Positions 59,937-64,000 of a DNA stretch of 64,000 nucleotides are shown here, piece by piece. Source of the stretch: Candidatus Anstonellales archaeon (GTDB lineage Archaea > Micrarchaeota > Micrarchaeia > Anstonellales > J096); the NCBI GenBank assembly GCA_038890615.1, contig JAWAFI010000001.1, positions 336,843 through 400,842 on the forward strand, read 5' to 3'. The notes below the pieces were generated by a model. It was not told the origin of the DNA. It searched no databases and saw nothing but the letters and a program-made list of their open reading frames with translations. A program made the translations under genes and the position numbers. Within the stretch, counting starts at the first letter, position 1; every line of letters begins with the position of its first letter.

Positions 59937-60698
59937 ATGGAAAAGCAGGAGAAACTAATTACAGAGCTTATGGCCGCCGAGAGAAAATATCTCGAGCTCC
60001 ACTTCATTACCCTCTATAAGCTCACAACAGGAGTAGAAGCAGAGCAAGAGCTGCAGGAAAAGGCAGAGCTTGAGAGAAGGATAGCAGAGCTCCATTCAAA
60101 GCTTTCAGGCTTAAAGCTCTTCTTCCCATTCCAAAACAACATAGAGGCGCTTACTGCAAGGATTTCTGCCCATACAGAGCAGGAGGTTGTAAAGGCGCTG
60201 AGGGAGAAGAGCGGGGAGCTCTACGAGCTGATAAAAAGCAGAGGTGTTTTGATAAGGCAGAACTTTGACAGGCAGGAAGATATTGCCCGTTTGATCTGCT
60301 TTGTCAATAGGCTTGGTGGTTCAGAGGAGATAATAAAGATGGTGAAGGAAGGAAAGTGGGACAGGGAGATGCAGGTAAAGGATGCTGCTGAGCTTGCCAA
60401 GCACCTTAACAGGGCAGGCATAACCTGCAAGGCTCAAGGGGATAAGGTAGTGCCTGGGGAGATGGAAGAGAAGGAGCGCCTTATCCAAGTTGATGAAAGG
60501 AAAATTTGGCTTCCAGCGCAGAAGGCAGAAGAGCTTGAGAGGCTCCTAAAGGAACTCAACGAGGTAAACCTCAAGATACAGCTGAAGAACGCAGAGAGGC
60601 AGATAAAGGTGTTCAGCGAGCAGGAGGAGAAAGATTTCACTGAGCTCCAGATTAAGTATTTAGAGCTGATAAAGAAAAAGAAGGAGATTATAGGTTAG
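59937..60698 (+). CDS. Hypothetical coiled-coil protein
   Basis: 253-aa E/K/L-rich ORF, divergent from the 1288-aa gene. Confidence 0.8.
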   Translation: MEKQEKLITELMAAERKYLELHFITLYKLTTGVEAEQELQEKAELERRIAELHSKLSGLKLFFPFQNNIEALTARISAHTEQEVVKALREKSGELYELIKSRGVLIRQNFDRQEDIARLICFVNRLGGSEEIIKMVKEGKWDREMQVKDAAELAKHLNRAGITCKAQGDKVVPGEMEEKERLIQVDERKIWLPAQKAEELERLLKELNEVNLKIQLKNAERQIKVFSEQEEKDFTELQIKYLELIKKKKEIIG

Positions 60699-60700
60699 AG

Positions 60701-62326
60701 TTACTCAAAATCTTCCTTCTCTGACTCAGGAGCCTTTGATGTTGTGCTTCCCTTTGCACTTATTATATCATCAATCCTAAGCATGAGCCTTGCTGTCTCT
60801 GTTGCGCTTGCAATTGCCTGCCTCTTGACTTTAGTTGGTTCAAAAATGCCTTTCTTCTTCAGGTCTCCTACTTCCCCTGCCATAACGTCGACGCCATATA
60901 TATGGCCCTTCTGGTGCATGTTCCTTAGCTTCACGATTGTTTCAATTGCATCCATGCCAGCATTCTCTGCAAGCGCCTTCGGCACTGCTTCCAATGCATC
61001 TGCAAATGCCTGTATTGCAAGCTGCTCCCTCCCTCCTATCTGCTTTGCATATTCGTTGATCTTGTTGCTTAGTGCCATCTCTGCTGCGCCTCCGCCTATA
61101 ACATAAGAGCCCTCTTCAATTGTTGAGATCACAGCTCCCCTTGCATCTACAATAGCCCTCTCAACCTCGCTAACAACATGCTCTGTGCCTCCTCTTACGA
61201 ATATTGTAACGCTCTTTGGGTTCTTGCAGTTTTCTACAAAAACCATAGCTTCCCCGCTTATTTTCCTTTCTTCAACAAGGCCTGCATATCCCAAATCACT
61301 TTCTTTTAAGTCATCCAAGCTTGTGACTATCTTCGCCCCTGTTGCCCTTGCAAGCTTCTCCATGTCGCTTTTCTTCACCCTCCTAACTGCAAGGATTTTC
61401 TCCTTTGCTAGGAAGTGCTGTGCTGTGTCATCAATGCCTTTCTGCACAAAGACCGCAGTAGCCCCGCTCTTCTTTATCTTCTCAACCATGTCTCTAAGCA
61501 TCTTCTCTTCCTGCTTTAGGAAGCTCTCAAGCTGCTCTGGCCCTGTGATCTCTATCTTTGCGTCAGTCTCTGTTTTCTCAATCTCAAGGGCTGAATCAAT
61601 AAGTGCTATCTTGGCATCCTTGACTAGCTTAGGCATCCCAGGATGGACCACTTCTTTGTCAATAACAACCCCTTTCACAAGCTTGGTGTCCATTATCTCC
61701 CCGCCTGCCTTTTTCTCTATCTTTATAAGCTCAGAGTCAATGCTTTTCTTGCCATCCTTGTTTTCTACCACTTGGAGCACTGATTCAACGACATAGCCAG
61801 CAAGCACCTCTTTTTCTGCAGGGCTGCCTATTCCTTTTGATCCCATTGCAACAAGCGCTATCTTTGAAAGCACATCCTTGCCGTCTGCGCCCGTTGAAAT
61901 CTCCTTAAGGAATTCCTCTGCCTTTGCAGAAGCGAGCTCGTAGCCCTTTATTATAGTTGTTGGGTGTATTCCTTGCTCTAGCAAGTCCCCTGCCCTCTTA
62001 AGCAGATTACCTGCTATTACCACAGAGGTAGTGGTGCCATCTCCTACCTCCTTGTCCTGCGTCTTTGCTATCTCTACCATAAGCTTTGCAGCAGGGTGGT
62101 CTACATTCATCTCCTCAAGTATCGTTGCTCCATCATTTGTTATCACTATGTCCCCCATGTCTGTCACAAGCATCTTGTCCATGCCTTTTGGCCCAAGAGT
62201 TGTCTTTATTATGTTCGCTATCGCATAGCCAATGGCTATGTTTATCCTCATTGCATCCCTGCCTATGACCCTTTGGGAGCCTTCAGGCAATACCATTACC
62301 TGCTCTCCAGTTACCTGTTTAGCCAT
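60701..62326 (-). CDS. ths: Thermosome (group II chaperonin) subunit
   Basis: [25 protein letters not shown] and GGGAAE motifs; GAGGTGAGG RBS. Confidence 0.97.
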   Translation of the reverse strand: MAKQVTGEQVMVLPEGSQRVIGRDAMRINIAIGYAIANIIKTTLGPKGMDKMLVTDMGDIVITNDGATILEEMNVDHPAAKLMVEIAKTQDKEVGDGTTTSVVIAGNLLKRAGDLLEQGIHPTTIIKGYELASAKAEEFLKEISTGADGKDVLSKIALVAMGSKGIGSPAEKEVLAGYVVESVLQVVENKDGKKSIDSELIKIEKKAGGEIMDTKLVKGVVIDKEVVHPGMPKLVKDAKIALIDSALEIEKTETDAKIEITGPEQLESFLKQEEKMLRDMVEKIKKSGATAVFVQKGIDDTAQHFLAKEKILAVRRVKKSDMEKLARATGAKIVTSLDDLKESDLGYAGLVEERKISGEAMVFVENCKNPKSVTIFVRGGTEHVVSEVERAIVDARGAVISTIEEGSYVIGGGAAEMALSNKINEYAKQIGGREQLAIQAFADALEAVPKALAENAGMDAIETIVKLRNMHQKGHIYGVDVMAGEVGDLKKKGIFEPTKVKRQAIASATETARLMLRIDDIISAKGSTTSKAPESEKEDFE

Positions 62327-62421
62327 ATTCCTCACCTCACAAAATATACACTAATTTTGCTCAGAGTATTTCTTAAATCTTTAATTTTAGCAAATCTTTA
62401 TAAATTTTTGCATTAAACTCC

Positions 62422-63618
62422 TTACTTGTTTTGTTTTTCTCTCATCTTTTCTTCTTCAGCGGCTATTTTCCTCTGTTTCATTAGCAAGTCTATTTCGTAA
62501 GGATAAAAAACCTTAGAGATGCCCGACGTCATGAACGTTATAGCGTCTTCAAGAGGACATTTTGGGTCTTTTATACATGCCTTGGCCAACTCAATAAGCA
62601 TAAGTTCTTCTGATTCTGTGAGTTGTCCTCTATATTTTTCATTTATCTCTTTTATATTGTAAGAAAAAATAACATAGTCTCCTTGTTCTAGCATCCTTTT
62701 AAGCTTTTTCCTAAATTCCTCCAATTGATTATTTATTTCCTGAAAACCTATATCAGTATTTGCTCCTGCGAGCATTAGATCAACGATCTTTTCAACTGGG
62801 CAACCAACCACAATGCAATTATGAAGTTCTTGCCCTAATTCATTAGCTCTTTTCTCTCCAATCTCTGCTCTTCTCGTTTTATTTATCATCAATAGCATAT
62901 CTCTATCACTTGGATTAAGATTTTTTTCTTTCATCCCTCTTATTACCCTCTCCCTTAAATCCTTTTCTATCCCTATTTTCTCGATGCTTTTTGAGGCTTT
63001 TTCCATATTTGGTGGGGCAGGTTTTTTCTCTTGGACATTGCTCTTTGGTGCTTCTTCTGATGGAAGTTTTGTTGGTGGAGGAGAGGCATTAGTTTTTTCT
63101 ACCACAGTAGCATTGGCTTTAGTTCTCTGCCCATCAACTGATGTTACAGGGCTGTTATAAGTTTTCTTTACTCCAGCAATCTCTTCCATTTTTTTTACTA
63201 TGCTTTCTACGAGCTGCTCTTTACTTAGCTTGTTTATATTATTTATAAGGAATTCATCAATAAACTTATCTATCTTTTCCATCTTCTTTCTGCTTAGATT
63301 AAGGTATTCATTCCTTGGGTTTCTTCTGTTATATTTATCTATTGCCTCTAATCTGATTTCTATCATTTTTTTCCAATCATTGTTTGATATTTTTTCTTGA
63401 TGTTCTTTCGTCTCTTTTGCCCCACCACGGTTGCTATAGCTAGTGGTAGCTGATGTTCCGCAAGCAATGCTAAAAGAGAGAAACATGGCTAGAGCTGCTC
63501 CTGCTAATTTTTTTAGCAACCATTTCTTTGTTGGTTTCTCTTCTGCCAACGGCTCTAAACACTTAAACTTTGTTTTATAGGTCTCTTTTCCTTTTTCGGT
63601 AATTGTTTTGCTTTTCAT
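62422..63618 (-). CDS. Orphan 398-aa protein with hydrophobic/lipobox-like segment and the duplicated module
   Basis: LAGAALAMFLSFSIAC segment; QEKISNNDW... module; Pro/Thr linker; AT-rich. Confidence 0.8.
   Translation of the reverse strand: MKSKTITEKGKETYKTKFKCLEPLAEEKPTKKWLLKKLAGAALAMFLSFSIACGTSATTSYSNRGGAKETKEHQEKISNNDWKKMIEIRLEAIDKYNRRNPRNEYLNLSRKKMEKIDKFIDEFLINNINKLSKEQLVESIVKKMEEIAGVKKTYNSPVTSVDGQRTKANATVVEKTNASPPPTKLPSEEAPKSNVQEKKPAPPNMEKASKSIEKIGIEKDLRERVIRGMKEKNLNPSDRDMLLMINKTRRAEIGEKRANELGQELHNCIVVGCPVEKIVDLMLAGANTDIGFQEINNQLEEFRKKLKRMLEQGDYVIFSYNIKEINEKYRGQLTESEELMLIELAKACIKDPKCPLEDAITFMTSGISKVFYPYEIDLLMKQRKIAAEEEKMREKQNK
63242..63400 (-). repeat. 159-bp direct repeat, copy 2
   Basis: Same orientation as copy 1, offset 3539 bp. 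Confidence 0.95.
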
Positions 63619-63631
63619 GAGTGTTATTTTT

Positions 63632-63943
63632 CTAATCTCTCTTTTTAAATTTTTCTATGCTTACCTTTCCTTTTTCTATATAATGAGGGGTTCCTTTTGG
63701 TATTACTATCTCCTCTCCTTTCATGAGCATAATCTCTCTAGTGCCTATGTGAACTACGCTGTCCTCAAGTGCTATATAACGTTGGCTTTTTTCATGGATG
63801 TGCTCTTTGAATGAGCCCCTCGCACTCCTGTTTTCTCGCTCATTCCAAGAAAGCGTTATATCCTTTCCCTCCTTCTTGACTATAAAACTTTTCCTCCATT
63901 TTTCCCCCTTCTTCTTAAATAAGCCTAAAATCCTCTCTTTCAT
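63632..63943 (-). CDS. Small cupin-like protein
   Basis: EHIH...KGEEIVIPKGTPHYIE resembles the cupin motifs. Confidence 0.6.
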   Translation of the reverse strand: MKERILGLFKKKGEKWRKSFIVKKEGKDITLSWNERENRSARGSFKEHIHEKSQRYIALEDSVVHIGTREIMLMKGEEIVIPKGTPHYIEKGKVSIEKFKKRD

Positions 63944-63944
63944 C

Positions 63945-64000
63945 CTAATCCATCTCCCTTGCTGCCTTGAAGCTCAACTCAAGTATGCCGTTTTTGTACC
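63945..64000 (-). CDS. 3' end of a probable Hsp20-family gene (partial)
   Basis: YKNGILELSFKAAREMD* resembles the alpha-crystallin Y.NG.L motif; only 17 residues visible. Confidence 0.5.
   Translation of the reverse strand, partial: YKNGILELSFKAAREMD

Noticed and set aside
59703..63400. 159-bp repeat pair as a diversity-generating retroelement TR/VR
   Set aside because: Only one mismatch, both copies are coding and N-terminal, and there is no reverse transcriptase in the window.
1..64000. CRISPR arrays, IS elements, rRNA, stop-codon reassignment
   Set aside because: No repeat-spacer pattern, transposase or rRNA-like sequence seen; conserved genes end normally at TAA, TAG and TGA.

Overview
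Gene-dense window of an archaeal chromosome. Archaeal markers include proteasome alpha, aIF2-gamma, aIF6, eS6/eS19/eL31/eL39/eL20/eL41, thermosome, Hef and an intron-containing tRNA-Met. Short, divergent housekeeping proteins, 'GC' lipoboxes and many orphans suggest a DPANN archaeon, most likely Micrarchaeota (inference). The window holds translation and protein-targeting genes, 4 tRNAs, a tdh/kbl threonine-catabolism pair, HMG-CoA synthase plus thiolase, an arsR-trx-arsP operon with a perfect operator palindrome, and a uppS-DUF192-pilus ATPase-TadC-PAP2-prenol kinase operon. No CRISPR array, transposase or rRNA was seen. Main leads: (1) an orphan two-gene unit at 54.3-59.9 kb with a 1288-aa protein whose C-terminal half reads like a beta-barrel, and whose N-terminal module is copied almost exactly (158/159 bp) into a nearby lipoprotein-like orphan; (2) scattered solo orphans with effector-like domains (Cys-His deamidase, caspase-fold protease, ankyrin, receiver); (3) a membrane-tethered wHTH gene followed by a 10-bp-phased triple repeat upstream of a secreted-protein gene; (4) a 36-aa hyper-acidic microprotein with a perfect RBS. 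All family calls come from motif recognition, not database searches.
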